From assembly GCA_030390025.1 (NCBI GenBank), contig CM059432.1, positions 150,786,001 through 150,850,000 on the forward strand: DNA of 64,000 nucleotides. The letters are read 5' to 3'. Within the stretch, counting starts at the first letter, position 1, and every line of letters starts with the position of its first letter. Of the stretch, positions 24,254 through 37,977 are shown one piece after another. The notes beneath the pieces are model-generated. The model saw nothing but the letters and a program-made list of their open reading frames with translations, was not told the DNA's origin and did not search any database. The translations under genes and the position numbers were made by a program. The DNA comes from Squalus acanthias. Its lineage: Eukaryota.

Positions 24254-25279
24254 TGGAGTAATCACCGAGAGAGAGAGCTGATGTGGAGCCCCAGGAAGCC
24301 AGCTGCAGGGACGTTATTTAAAGGGATCATCACGAATCACTCGCACCTGTCAAGTTAGTACAGTTTCAGTGGCTTTTTGTTAGTCTCAGCCACTGCAACA
24401 GTTTCATTGAGTAATTTCAAGGTTCTTTTGTATTGGGAGTCTTGTGGCAAGTACAAAGTAGCTACATTTATTCTCCAAAGATTCAAACTGCAACACTTGG
24501 TAAGATTAATGGGGGCTGTACTGGCACGCAACCTCGCCCTCCAGGATCTACAGCGGAGGGAACATAGGCAGCGAGAAAGGCAGGAATATGTGCGCAGAGG
24601 GAGGAGGACGAGGATGAGTAGGAAGAAGATGAGGAACAGGAGGGAGGGAGGAGGCAGCCGGACAATCGGACTTCCAGATAGGGGGTCCGTGATGTGATGT
24701 GCCACCTCCCTCCACATAGTGCGGCACACTTGTGGCGAGAGCCTCCTGCCAGTTGTGGGTACAGGACTGCCCGCCTTCTCTCTAGCGCTAAAACCAATGC
24801 CTCCAAAGCTTCATGGGAAAACCCGCCGGCTCTCTCCGTGGGGCAGCGATCTGCCATGAGGATTTGTAAATAAGTGCTCCTTCTCCTTGTCCTTCTTCTT
24901 ATGGCTGTTGAGGCAGCTGCACAGCCAACAATGCTGAGGATGAGGTGCTGCAGCATCAATGAACCTCCCCTTTAAGTAGTGAAAAAAGTCTGTGGCAATC
25001 ATGAGTTGCGATTAGACTGCACCCGATATTGGTCCAACTTTTAAGTGTAACACCAATGAGCTTAGTTTTTAGACTTGACTTAAGACTCCAATCATGTTAT
25101 TGAGCAGTGAGGACAAATTTTGCTTGCAGTCTAGAGCATTTTCGCCTGGCGCTAATTCACCATCTTTTGACCTAACACCACCCATTCCTTGGCTATAATG
25201 AATTTCTAGCCCTAGACTTCATATAACGATATATTTTTACTGTGCACATATAAATTTACAACACGTGTTTTCTTTTTTT

Positions 25280-27110
25280 CACCATGCTTCCCCCGGTGCC
25301 TCTCTGTGCTGTTCTCAAACTTTTCTTGGTGCTCTGCCTAGGTGTTCCCTGAAAGCCAGACTGCTGCTTGGCTGTGCTGTGGTATCATGAACCTCATAGG
25401 ACCAAGATTATTCTCTTGACTTCTGAGTTTCGGAGGGACCCTTAAGCAAGCTGCATCACCTCTGCAGTATGTGGGCTGCCTGGTCCTGTGTCCTGTCACC
25501 TTCATGAGCAGGTAGCTGAAGGGGTAGACTCACATCAGCAGTGACCATGAGTGAGAACAGCTTTATGAAGGCAGACACTTGCCCTGTGACATGTGATGGG
25601 TCCTGGATCTGAATTCCCATAGAACAGCCAGAGGGCAGACCTGAGGGTGGCATTTAGATCCTAATATCTAGAGATATTGCACCCCAAAGCTCTTGGAAGA
25701 CATTCTCCATCAGATCTTCCAAGATCTGAGGGTCCCTTGTCAATGCTTCCACAGTGGAGTTACTGACTGGTCCGGAGGCCTCTCTGTTAATGACAGATAC
25801 AAATTTATCTGGTGCTGCCACCCACCCCAGGCAGCACTGCTTCATGTCAAATCCTTCTCAGATATTGGTACTGAGGGTGGTATCGGACTCTGTTGTGACC
25901 ACTGCATCTGTCTCCAGTCCTCCATGATGGTTGCTCATCCAGCCACTTGCTTTTCAGGACTGCGGAGATCTGATTCTGCAGTCGTAGAGCTCGGGGCTGA
26001 CCTTCTGCAGAGCCTCCGGTCCCACTGTCAGAATTCACTTTCTCCTCTCACTTTTCCCGGACCCTCCTGTTCTGAGTCTCACCCCCATGATAAATCTTCA
26101 TCAGAACTATCAAGATCCAGGTGGGTAGATTTCTCTGAGTTGGTGAATGGGAGAGAAAAGGCAAATGATGGCGTGGGGGTGCTGGGCAGGGCAGATGTGG
26201 AAGGACACTGTCCACTATTCACATGCTTATCATCTTTTTCCTGTTCCTCGCCAACGTCTTGCGGTGACGTATCTAAGGCGGAAACAAAGGAATAGATTTT
26301 AGAAGTTTAGGCTGGTTCCTCGATGCTGTATCAGCTCCCTTTTGATAGAGGCCAATCAGATTCCTTGCTGATATGGTTGTGTCCCTAAGCCGTGATCCTG
26401 GGAAGCTCCTACTGGTCCTGACAAACCCACAGCTCTTACTTCTCCATCTCCAAAACAGTCTTCCTCTCCAGAATCGGCAGTGCTTCCTCTTTCTGTAGCG
26501 TTAATGGTCAAATAATCCTCTGCCTGTAGCCTGTGACTCTCTGTTGTTATAGGTAACCATCTCTGGTGACGGAGGTTAGAAATAGGGCAGAACATGATTC
26601 AACACTGATAGCAGGGCAGCATCTCTTATTCTGCCATCACCCGGCCCCCCACCCCACCCCGCCATCAGCTTCAGAAAGGGACTGAGAGCTGTGCAGCTCA
26701 AGTGTTGGCATTGGGGAGACATGGTAGTCAGAGAGGGAGGGTCGAACTATAGGTAGAAATTTCTGCAGGGTGCTGATAAGGGAGGATGTGTAATATTTGG
26801 ACCCTGTATCACAGTGGCGGTCATTATTCAAGGTGACACCTACATTGAGTGCAAGTAACAACATGTAAAGTGTGTGCAGGGAAGGGATACAGGTCATAAG
26901 TGCCTTACCTTTGCTGCCCTTGTGAGCTTGTTCAAATATTTCTGACCTTACAGAGGAGTCCTGCGTGTTATGGATGAGGCACTGACGACCACTGCTATCG
27001 CCATCCAGATTGCAGATCCTCAATGTCGGACTCACTGAAATTTAAGTGTCTTTTTGGCTGCTGAACCCTTCTTCCAGTGCTGTCATAGCCCCTTTAAGCA
27101 GTAGCAGATT
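25280..27110 (-). mobile_element. Highly degraded Harbinger Myb/SANT gene region
   Basis: Remnant exon-like segments, and a CCCCTTTAAG motif at ~27089 as at other Harbinger ends. Confidence 0.45.
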
Positions 27111-27112
27111 TT

Positions 27113-27990
27113 GGGGTAGAAATTAGGTCGCGCCCCATTTGGGGCGCAAATATCGTCCGGACGCAAATATTAGCGCCTGGCGCTAATTATCGGCACTGAC
27201 GGGAAACTTCACTTTTACCGCCCCGGGAGGTGAGTGGAGCGCTAAAGCAGGCGCTGCACAGCTCTCTTAAGGCGCAAAGGCCGAGCAGTGAGTCGCTAAC
27301 TCGGAGCGCTGGCGAAGCTCATGTAATGTCAGTCAGCAATGGAACACACACACAATGGCACGGGCCAGTTCTTAAAGGGGATGGTTAATCTTGCTTTCCA
27401 TCCACATCCTGTTCATTGCTGCCTTGAATCTCGGCCTGGAGAGACTTGCACATCAAATGTGCTGGAAAGAACAATGTAGAGCACCAGGCAAAGAGCTCAG
27501 AGTGCAGCTCCCACGGTCTCTGCTAAATCGATACAAGGAATGGCAAATCAAAATGAACCTGCAAAGTGCTGCTCAGTACCCAAAACTCCTTCACACAATG
27601 TTGAATCTCTCCAGAAGTCTCTCCCTCTCTCTCTCAGAATGCGTAGTTCAAAAATGCCACCAACAATAAAAGACAGGAAGAGGCCCCCTTTAAATAGCGC
27701 CCCCCCCCAGCCCCACAGCGATTGATAGCGTTCCAGTCTTCTGGTCGTTGGAAGCGCCAGGCGGTAAGGCAGGGGGCGCCACTCAATTTCCGCTACGGGG
27801 CGCCATGGAATGACGTCACAATCTGCGCGCGCAGGTGGTCGCAGCGGTAAGTTTTAGCGCCGCCGCACAATCTCAAGTTAAGTTCTCGAGCGGCGCAAAC
27901 ATCGCTGCGCCCGGGCGTTAGCGACTTTGCGCCCCATTAGCGCCCTCTTAAGGCGCTAACGGGTGGCGCAACCAAGTGAATTTTTACCCC
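27113..27990. mobile_element. Harbinger MITE family B, copy 1
   Basis: TIRs GGGGTAGAAATT / AATTTTTACCCC, TSD TTT; highly similar copy at 32821-33685. Confidence 0.88.
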
Positions 27991-28221
27991 TTTATATCTT
28001 CGCCTCTCATTCACAACTTTCCTCTCCCTGCCCCATGGTGTCCTCTAGTCAGGGTGCTTCATGAATCAAATTCCCACCTCGCCTGTATCTCATGTGGTAT
28101 GGCTTGCTATATTTGGACTGCCCGTCTGCCTAATATTATTTAAATGAGTTGATCGTGCAGATTAAAATGCAAGCTGGAAGTCCCGTCCTGCCACATGGTG
28201 CTGAATTTCTGGTCTGTAACA

Positions 28222-28713
28222 CCAACGCTCAGGCCAACATCCCCAGCATCGAAGCTCTGACCACGCTCGATCAGCTCCGATGGACGGGTCACATCGTCCG
28301 CATGCCCGATACGAGACTCCCAATACAACCGTTCTTCTCGGAGCTCCAACACAGCAAGAGAGCCCCAGGTGGGCAGAGGAAATGCTTCAAGGACACCCTC
28401 AAAGCCTCCTTGAAAAAGTGCAACATCCCCACTGACACCTGGGAATCCCTGGCCCAAGACCGCACAAAGTGGAGGAGAAGCATCCGGGAAGGCGCCGAAC
28501 ACCTCGAGTCTCTTTGTCGGGAGCAAGCGGAAGCCAAGCGCAAACAGCGGAAGGAGCGCACGTCAACCCAAGCACCCCACCCACCCGCCCCTTCAACCAC
28601 CGTCTGCCCCACCTATGACAGAGACTGTAGGTCCCGCATTGGACTCATCAGTCACCTGAGAACTCATTTTTAATGTGGAAGCAAGTCATCCGAGGGACTG
28701 CCTAAGAAGAAGA
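28222..28713 (+). mobile_element. RTE-clade LINE 3' fragment
   Basis: QLRWTGHIVRMPDTRLP, GGQRKCFKDTLK, C-terminal C2H2-like SRIGLISHLRTH, (aag)n tail. Confidence 0.88.
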
Positions 28714-29234
28714 TTAAACTTACAAGGATATTCACCTTGCTCATCACCGTACTCATCCACACTGGCTTCTGTTGTACAAATTATCTTATACACGGTGACG
28801 CTACCTTTCAGTTTTGCATCAGCCAAACCACGACTCTGAGGCCAAGCCACCTGCTGCTGGGTGTGGTTTCACCTTATCTTGTTGCAAAGCTGTCTATGCG
28901 TCACACAGTGTGCAACAGAAGTGTGGTGATGTGCAATTAATTCAATATACTCTGCATACTCCCCCCTCCCCAAGTGCCCTGATATTGGTGAACTGCTAAT
29001 ATATTAAGTGATAACTAGGTTTATCCTCGCACTCATAGTACGAGGTACCTGGTGGATCTGAGCACCTGATCTTCTATTAAGCAGTGACAGATCCATACGA
29101 ACATACAAAAAATGATGGACAGAAAAAGACCTACTGGTCCATCCAGCCTGTCGCACACAAATGTAATATCTTGTGCCTCACAATGCAAATGCTCCCCGCC
29201 CCATCGAGAAGCCTGTGGAGAGGTGAAAAATCCA

Positions 29235-30362
29235 GGGGGTTATTTTAGTGAAACGGTGAAAACAGTCACTAATAAGACAGGCCTGCTTGAAAGTCTGGTT
29301 TTAGCATGCAATTTTGGTCCTAATTGCTGATTACCATAATTTGAACTTGCCTGGAGGAGCTAAAACAGAGACACCTGCAGGTTTAGCACTTACGCGCTGA
29401 TTAGGAGCAATTTTCGTGGAGCAGTAGATGTGGGCTCCTCGCACCCACTTCCACTGAAGGTGTGGAGTGCTCGGGCTGACACACCGCAGCAGGTTTCAGG
29501 ATGGCTCAGGGAGCGAGGGAGAGGGTGCACAGGTTCTCAAGCGCAGCACTGGTGGTCCTGATGGAGGAGGTCCAGAGAAGGAGGGATGTCCTGTACCTGC
29601 AGGGGGGGAAGGAGTCCACCTCGCCCTCCTGTCCCTCTCGCCTGCAGCAGCTGGTGCTGCTCTGCCTGGCCTCATCTCCTCCTCCCATCCCTCCTGCAGA
29701 CCAAGGGGGCCCCACAGCAAGATGCCCATGACCAAGAACTCCCCTTCTCCTGGTGACTCCGATAAGGTGGAGTAGCACAGCGCTTACTCTTTTTAGGTGA
29801 AATCCTTAGAGAATTTACGGAATAATTGTTGATAGAGTTTTGGTGAGATCTTGACAAGCAGTCCCAGAAAATCTCCTGATGTGTTTCAAGTGTTCTCTTC
29901 AAACCTCCAGCAGCAAGTGAACAGTAAAAGGTGAGTATGCCTTTAAGGAGCGCTCAAAATCCTCAGCAACAACTTGTTTGCTCCTGTTCAGCTGGTCGTT
30001 AGGTCAAGCGCTATCCACCTCTAGACACATCAAGGGGTATGGGGTGAGAGCGGGAATATGGTATTGAGATCGAGGATCAGCCATGATCACATTGAATGGC
30101 GGAGCAGGCTCGAAGGGCCGAATGGCCGACTCCCGCTCCTATTTTTCTATGTTCTATGTTCTAAAATGCCCTGCAGCCTCATTAATGTGTGCCAGCAGGC
30201 AATTTAAGTGGCAATCCTCCGGGCGGCCGTTCCTAGCGCGCGCTTCAACAACTCCTTGGCCAAGATGGCATTTTGTGCTAAACCGACGTTTCAGCTCAAG
30301 ACCCCATCTTGGCCACTCGGAGGCTCTTTAGCGCCTGAAGAAGCTGGCGAAAAATTGCCCCC
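29235..30362. mobile_element. Harbinger deletion derivative with nested CR1 3' tip (~30021-30162)
   Basis: TIRs GGGGGTTATTTT / AAAATTGCCCCC; Myb start MAQGARERVHRFSSAALVVLMEEVQRRRDVLY at 29501. Confidence 0.78.
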
Positions 30363-32455
30363 TCAATGTCTTAATGTTGTTGCAGACCATTGAATATTAT
30401 GGACTTGAGAAAATCCTGACTTTGTTTCAGCGCAGTGAGAAGTTATAAAAGAATTGATGACCATAAGACAGGCTTTAAGTTTTTACGTACTTGCAATCAT
30501 TTTCATTTGAAGAACCCTCAGTTCAGACTTTCCTTCTCTCTGGACAATTTCTGATTAGTCAATCCTAGGTCAAATTGACAAAATCCTTGCACTAATTGGT
30601 TACACAAATATCACTCACTCCTCTAACATGAATAGAGCTTTCGTACTCTGACACTGAAGAGTTAGCTGAAGAAAATTGACAGAACTGTTAAAACGTATAT
30701 TGATAGACATGGCTCATATTAACAGTAGAATAAACTAGAAAAAAAAGTCCAAACTCCAAACATTCTCAGTAAAGTATTAGCCAAGCCAATTCTTTTGCAG
30801 GCACAAGAGAGCCAATTCAGCGACAGTGAGCCCAGCGCACCTCACATTTTGAACACCAATTGGAAGAAGCACTGAGGGTAATAAGGGCACAGAATGTACT
30901 CTGGGTGTGGGACTTCAATATTCATTACCACTACTGACCGAGCTGGCCGAGCCCTGAAGGACATAGCTGCCAGACTGGGCCTGCGGCAAGTGGTGAGAGA
31001 ACCAACACGAGGGAAAAACTGACTTGACCTCATCCTCACCAATCTACCTGCCGCAGATGCATTTGTCCATGACAGTATTGGTAGGAGTGATCACTGAACA
31101 GTTCTTGTGGAGACGGAGTCCCGTCTTCACACTGAGGACACCCTCCATCGTGTTGTGTGGCACTACCACTGTGCTAAATGGGATAGATTCAGAATAGATC
31201 TAGCAGCTCAAAACTCCATGAGGCGCTGTGGGCCATCAGAAGCAGCAGAATTGTATTCCACCGCAATCTGTAACCTCATGGCCTGGCATATTCCTCACTC
31301 TACCATTACCATCAAGCCAGGGGACCAACCCTGGTTCAATGAGGCGTGCAGAAGAGCACGCCAGGAGCAACACCAGGCATGCCTAAAAATGAGGTGCCAA
31401 CCTGGTGAAGCTACAACACACGACAATATGCATGCTAAACAGCGGAAGCAGAGATAAGCGATTCCACGACCAATGGATCAGAACAAAGCTTTGCAGTACT
31501 GCCATATCCGGTCATGAATGGTGGTGGATAATTAAACAACTAATGGGAGGAGGAGGCGCCATGAACATCCCCATCCTCAATGATGGCAGACCCCAACACG
31601 TGAGTGCAAAGAACAAAGCTGAACCATTTGCAACCATCTTCAGCCAGAAGTGCCGAGTGGATGATCCATCTCGGCCTACTCCTGAGGTTCCCACCATCAC
31701 AGAATCCAGTCTTTAGCCAATTCGATTCACTTCACGTGATATCAAGAAACAGCTGAGCGCACTGGATACAGCAAAGGCTATGGGCCCCAACAACATCCCA
31801 GCTATCGTGCTGAAGACTTGTGCTCCAGAACTATCCACGCCTCTAGCCAAGCTGTTCCAGTACAGCTACAAGACTGGCATCTACTCGAAAAAGTAGAAAA
31901 CTGCCCAGGTATGTTCTGTCCACAAAAAGCAGGAGAAATCCAATCCGACCAATTACCGCCCCATCAGTCTACTCTCAATCATCAGCAAAGTGACAGTGCT
32001 ATCAAGTGTCACTTACCAATAACCTGCTCAACGATGCTCAGTTTGGGTTCCGCCAAGATCACTCTGCGCCAGGCCTCATTACAGCCTTGGTCCAAGCATG
32101 GACAAAAGAGCTGAATTCTAGAAGTGAGGTGAGAGTGACTACCCTAGACATCAAGGCTGCATTTGACCGAGTGTGGCATCAAGGAGCCCTAGTAAAATTG
32201 AAGTCAATGGAAATAATGGGGAAAGCTCTCCACTGGCTGGAGGCATATTTAACACAAAGGACGATGGTTGTGGTTGTTGGAGGTCAATCATCTCAGCCCC
32301 AGGACATCGCTGCAGGAGTTCCTCAGGGCAGTGTCCTAGGCCCAACCATCTTCAGCTGCTTCATCAATGACTTTCCCTCCATCATAAGGTCAGAAATGAG
32401 GATGTTTGCTGATGACTGCACAGTGTTCCGTTCCATTCCAAACTCCTCAGATAAT

Positions 32456-34066
32456 GGCCCAAAAATTAGTGCCGCTACGCGAGAGTACGCGCTGCGTACT
32501 CTCGCGTATTCTGTCTCCAATTGCCGGTTTTCTGCATGCACTGCGCATGCGCTGAAAACCGGCACTTGGTGAATGGAAAAGGGGGCGGGTCCTAGGTGTA
32601 CCGCGTGCGCGCTACAGGCTGCGCGCACGCTGTGCACTTAGTGGTTTCAACGCGCAGGTAAGTACGGAAGATTCTACACATAAAAAAAGGAGGAGTAAGA
32701 CCCACTTTTAACAAGGTAAGTAGTAAATTAAGTATTATTTTGAATTTTTTTTAACAGGTATATCTTTTTTAGAGACTTTAAAGACAGGTAAGTTTATTTT
32801 TATAACTTTTTAAAAGATTTTGGGCGCAAATCTCGTCTGGACGCAAATATTAGCGCCTGGCGCTAATTATCGGCACTGACTGGAAACTTCACTTTTACCG
32901 CCCAGGGAGGTGAGTGGAGCGCTAAATCAGGCGCTGCACACCCGTCTTAAGGCGCAAAGGCCAAGGAGTGAGGCGCTAACTCAGAGCGCTGGCGAAGCTC
33001 ATGTAATGTCAGTCAGCAATGGAACACACACACAATGGCACGGGCCAGTTCTTAAAGGGGATGGTTAATCTTGCTTTCCATCCACATCCTGTTCATTGCT
33101 GCCTTGAATCTCGGCCTGGAGAGACTTGCACATCAAATGTGCTGGAAAGAACAATGGAGAGTACCAGGCAAAGAGCTCAGAGTGCAGCTCCCACAGTCTC
33201 TGCTAAATCGATACAAGGAATGGCAAATCAAAATGAACCTGCAAAGTGCTGCTCAGTACCCAAAACTCCTTCACACAACGTTGAATCTCTCCAGAAGTCT
33301 CTCCCTCTCTCTCTCAGAATGCATAGTTCAAAAATGCCACCAACAATAAAAGACACGAAGAGGCCCCCTTTAAATAGCGCCCCCCCCAGCCCCACAGCGA
33401 TTGATAGCGTTCCAGTCTTCTGGTCGTTGGATGCGCCAGGCGGTAAGGCAGGGGACGCCACTCAATTTCCGCTCCGGGGCGCCACAAGGGCGTTGCACCA
33501 TGGAATGACGTCACAATCTGCGCGCGCAGGTGGTCGCAGTGGTAAAGTTTAGCGCCGCCGCACAATCTCTAGTTAAGTTCCCGAGCGGCGCAAACATCGC
33601 TGCGCCCGGGCGTTAGCGGCTTTGCGCCCCATTAGCGCCCTCTTAAGGCGCTAACGGGAGGCGCAACCAACTGAATTTTTACCCCTTTAAATTTTTTCAA
33701 AAATTTAATTTTTTATTTAAAATGGTTAATTTATTTAACTATACTTATTTTATTAATGTGATGGTTTTTTTTTTAAATTTAATTGAGGTTTAGCGGTTCT
33801 TTTGGGGGGCTATAGTATTCATAACTTTCACAGCACTTATGTGAAAGTTATGAATGGAAGATGGTGTGCTGCCATTGGCTCTAACTGAGTCACGTGATCC
33901 CACAGCTCGCACGAATTAACTACGCCGGTGGGATACGCAAGCCCAGCACAGCAGCTGTCCAGAACATCAAGTTCGTGCGAGCTGGAACTGAAAAAGCCAA
34001 CGCGCAGTGAGAGATCGCGGGGAGGCCTTACCCTCGCACGAAGGCTTCCTCACGAATTTTTGGGAG
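32456..34066. mobile_element. MITE family A, copy 2
   Basis: GGCCCAAAAATT..AATTTTTGGGAG, TSD AAT, collinear with 2721-3482. Confidence 0.88.
32821..33685. mobile_element. MITE family B, copy 2, nested in family A
   Basis: Collinear with 27113-27990; left TIR deleted; flanked by TTT. Confidence 0.88.
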
Positions 34067-35220
34067 AATGAAGCAGTCCATGCCCGCATGCAGCAAGACC
34101 TGGACAACATTCAGGCTTGGGCTGATAAGTGGCAAGTAGCATTCATGCCACACAAGTGCCAGGCAAGGACTATCTCCAACAAGAGAGAGTCTAACCACCT
34201 CCCCTTGACATTCACTGGCATTACCATTGTCGAATCCCCCACCATCAACATCCTGGGGAGTCACCATTGACCAGAAATTTAACTGGACCAGCCACATAAA
34301 TACTGTGGCTACAAGAGCAGGTCAGAGGCTGGGTATTCTGCGGCGAGTGTTTCAACTCCTGACTCCCCAAAGCCTTTCCACCATCTACAAGGCACAAGTC
34401 AGCAGTGTGAGGGAATACTCTCGACTTGCCTGGATGAGTGAAGCTCTAACAACACTCAAGAAGCTCAACACCATCCAGGACAAAGCAGCCCGCTTGATTG
34501 GCACCCCATCCACCACCTTAAACATTCACTCCCTCCACCACCGGCGTACCGTGGCTGCAGTGCATCTACAAGATGCACTGCAGCAACTCGCCAAGGCTTC
34601 TTTGACAGCACCTCCCAAACCTGTGATAACTACCACTTAGAAGGACAAGGGCAGCAGGCGCATGGGAACACCACCACCTCCAAGTTCCCCTCCAAGTCAC
34701 ACACCATCCTGACTTGGAAATATATCGCCTTTCCTTCATCGTCGCTGTGTCAAAATCCTGGAACTCCCTGCCTAACAGCACTGTGAGAGTACCCTCACCA
34801 CACGGACTGCAGCGGTTCAAGAAAGCGGCTCACCACCACCTTCTCGAGTGCAATTAGGGATGGACAATAAATGCTGGCCTTGCCAGCAACGCCCACATCA
34901 CATGAATGAATAAAAAGAAATTTGGATCCAAAAGTCCAAATTGAGTGAATTGCAATTATTGGTGGCCTCAAAGGAAGCATGTGGTAGATTCATTCCGGGG
35001 GTGTTTTTCCAAACTTCAGCTAGGTGTTTCCCACAATTTTTGTACCTTAAGATGAAAAATAGCAGTGTATGTGCATCAAAATTTGCAGTATGCTCAGATT
35101 CATAAAATTACCATGCACATCTTGCAATTTTTGGCACTCTAATGTAAACTGGTCCCACACCAAAAGCAGTAATCTTTTTCACATGCACACTCTTTCAGCA
35201 CTGCTTGTCCATATAAATTT

Positions 35221-35327
35221 GTGAGAAGTCGCACAACACCCACAAGTCCCACAAAGGAAGTTTAGGCCACAGCCACCCAGGGTTCTCACATTTGTCCACC
35301 CCAGTCCAACACCGGCATCTCCACATC
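35221..35327. mobile_element. Collapsed Penelope-type foldback insertion
   Basis: Left tip gtgagaagtcgcacaacacc, same tail as the 5887 and 23861 copies, 12-bp TSD CATATAAATTTG. Confidence 0.8.
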
Positions 35328-35844
35328 ATATAAATTTGGGCACAGCATGGCTATCCTGCTCTGCTGTTTAGGAGTTTGATTCTTGAAGATGCCATTGCTA
35401 GCTTAACATTGTGTTTATATTTCAACATTTTTATTTTTATTTTCACATAGCTGTATCTGAATTACTTGTTGGTGTTTATAGCTACTTTTTTGTGCATTAC
35501 AAGACTCTTTTTGCAGATATCTGCTACTTTATTAGCAGCAACCACAGATTTGAACATGGGAATTGTGTTACGTGTCCCAGTATAGGTGTTGGATTAGGAT
35601 AAGGAAGACGAGTTCATACTGAGGGAAGAAAGGCAGGTGTGTTTACACCTTGAGCATCTGGCACCCTCTGAGTAGTATCTGAGTCTTCATAACAAGGCAC
35701 GTCTACTTGGGGATGTCAGAAAGGACCTGCCTTTATAAAGGAGACTGTCAAAGTTATGAGGGGGACTTTTAACTCTCTCCATCTGACAGAAACCTAGTGG
35801 GATGACAGATACGGTTCAAGCAATGCAATTACCACTTGTTTCCC

Positions 35845-36384
35845 CTCTCGCGGCCATTTTAACACCGTCGTTTACTTGGTGGTTGATGTGCCCACCTGAA
35901 TCAGGTGAGAGCCTCATAAATAAATATTAATCGGGGTGCTATGATGTCATTAGACCCTGATGCAATTTTAACTGTTAACTGAGTGGAGTGTCCCCCCACA
36001 CATGCTCTCCGCTCAGTAAAACCTAACGGGCACCCAGCAGAGACCCTGCCAGGTAAGTTTAAAATGTATTATTGTGGGACCCGGAGCAACATTCCTACTC
36101 ATCCGGGCCCCACAAAGGAAGTTTAGGCCACAGCCACCCAGGGTTCCCACTTTTTTCACCCCTGAACCACCCCCCCAGGTACTTATCTGACTGGCAGCCT
36201 TCGGGCCACCCGATCTTTGTAGGCTGAAAGCCGGTGAGCTGCCTCTGGATGTCTCTTTTGACGGACAGCTGGCTAACAGAATTTTAAAAGGTGCCCAACC
36301 GTTAAAATGGACAAGGCCTCCCACTGCAACTTCTGATCAGTCAGCCTGCGTGTCCCTCTGGCTGCCTGAGTTAAAATTCCCCCT
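35845..36384. mobile_element. Degraded Harbinger-type MITE
   Basis: Ends resemble CGGCCATTTTAAC / GTTAAAATTCCCC; internal caggtaagt donor. Confidence 0.5.
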
Positions 36385-36439
36385 ATGATGTCTCATCAAT
36401 TACTACTTCCATTGAAGAGGAACAGCCCTATCCGTGGCT

Positions 36440-36768
36440 ATTTTTTATATTCGTTCTGGGATCTGAGCGTCGCTGGCAAGGCCAGTATTTATTGCCCATC
36501 CCTAATTGCCCTTGAGAAGGTGGTGGTGAGCCGCCTTCTTGAACCGCTGCAGTCCGTGTGGTGAAGGTACTCTCACAGTGCTGTTGGGAAGGGAGTTCCA
36601 GGATTTTGACCCAGCGACGATGAAGGATCGGCAATATACTTCTAAGTCAGGATGATGTGTGACTTGGAGGGGAACTTGGAGGTGGTGGTGTTCCCATGCG
36701 CCTGCTGCCCTTGTCCTTCTAGGTGGTGGAGGTCATGGGTTTGGGAGGTGCAGCCGAAGAAGCCTTGG
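36440..36768 (-). mobile_element. LINE 3' fragment (family of 30843-34916)
   Basis: Reverse complement of ~34590-34915. Confidence 0.88.
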
Positions 36769-37134
36769 GTAAAGTTTGTAAAGGTTACCACTGCATTAAA
36801 CTTTTACGTAACTTGATCCTTCCAAGCCACCACTGTAGACATTTGCTGCAATAGTCAGTTGTCAGTCCACTAATGCATAAAACAAGTGACAGAATGCTTG
36901 CTTTGCCAGAGGAAACATGTTCGTGGTGTCCTCGAGACTATGCACATTGAAGCATGTTAATAATAAATTGAAAATCTTACATCTGAGAGGATTTTCTGCG
37001 ACAACTTTTTCCATTTTCAATGACTGTTTACATGTACAATGAAAATTGTCTATGTAAATTTGTAACGCTGTAATTGCCCATGGCGGCACGTTAGCACCTC
37101 AATTTTGCATTTCCCTGTTCCTCAACCTATACTG

Positions 37135-37402
37135 CAGAGAATCTCTTTTTTACACAGAGGGTTGTTAGAACATGGAGAGCACAACCAGAAACAATTGGTG
37201 CCCTGGGGCTGTTGGGGGGAGCGGAATCCATAATAGCGTTTAAAAGGCAAGTGTGTAAACACGTGATAAATAAACATTTAAAAAGGTACAGGAAAAAAAC
37301 CAGGGGTATGGAACGAAGAGCATCGAGCTTTCAGAGACCCGGCAGTGGCACGATGGGCCGAATAGCCTCCTTCTGTGCTGTAAAATTCAATAATTCTATG
37401 AT
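37135..37402 (+). mobile_element. Old CR1 3' fragment
   Basis: ttttttacacagagggttgtt and gggccgaatagcctccttctgtgctgt. Confidence 0.65.
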
Positions 37403-37977
37403 TAACAATAACTCCTTCAAACCAGTTTCTCTAAGATGATGTCAACAGTTATAGTAATTGTCAGATTTTAACAGAAGAGCTGGGATGAAGGAGAACAGAT
37501 TTTTACAATATATAAAAGGAGCAGGGTTGTCAGAATTTACCCTACGTCGGGAACCAGAATATAAATAAATAGAGTTGTTGACAAGTCTATAGTTAAATTG
37601 ATCATTATATTTTTAACAGAATTAGGCTGTTTACATTACTGGGCTCTGAGGCAATACAGAAAACTGTAAGTAATTATGCTTTACATTAATTATAAATTCT
37701 CTATGAATAAAACATATATATCACCTCAACGGAATACATAAATTCTATATATTTTGCATCAGTATATTTAGCAGGAGAGGAAGGAACAGGATTATGTTCT
37801 TTAATGTGGCTTTTACATGATGCGAACACCCTGCAGCTCACAGGCATTGTCGGTGCTGTTTTATGCTGCTGAATACATTTTAGATGCTAATTTAATGGGA
37901 CTCCAAAACATAAGAATGATTTTTTTTTGGCCCCAGTATTTTCTGGAGCTGATTTTCCTCTGCTGAGAGCCTGAAGT

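Larger units (their letters stand above)
23598..25212. mobile_element. Harbinger deletion derivative retaining both gene 5' ends
   Basis: Degenerate TIRs with probable TSD TAG; MGAVL.. start on + (~24509) and MADRCPTERAGGFSHEALEALV on - (~24858); ends homologous to the 15773-23576 element. Confidence 0.72.
30843..34916 (+). mobile_element. CR1/L2-group LINE (EN remnant, RT, 3' end) interrupted by nested MITEs
   Basis: VWDFN and DLILTN EN motifs, LDIKAAFD, QGSVLGP, FADD; reading SDN|EAVHARMQQDLD resumes after 34066; atgaatgaataaaaa tail. Confidence 0.9.

Noticed and set aside
27391..27725. Duplicated ORFs also seen at 33019-33552
   Set aside because: They lie inside two copies of a non-coding MITE; no domain recognised.
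36862..37089. Possible host exon
   Set aside because: No recognisable homology and no consistent acceptor or frame.
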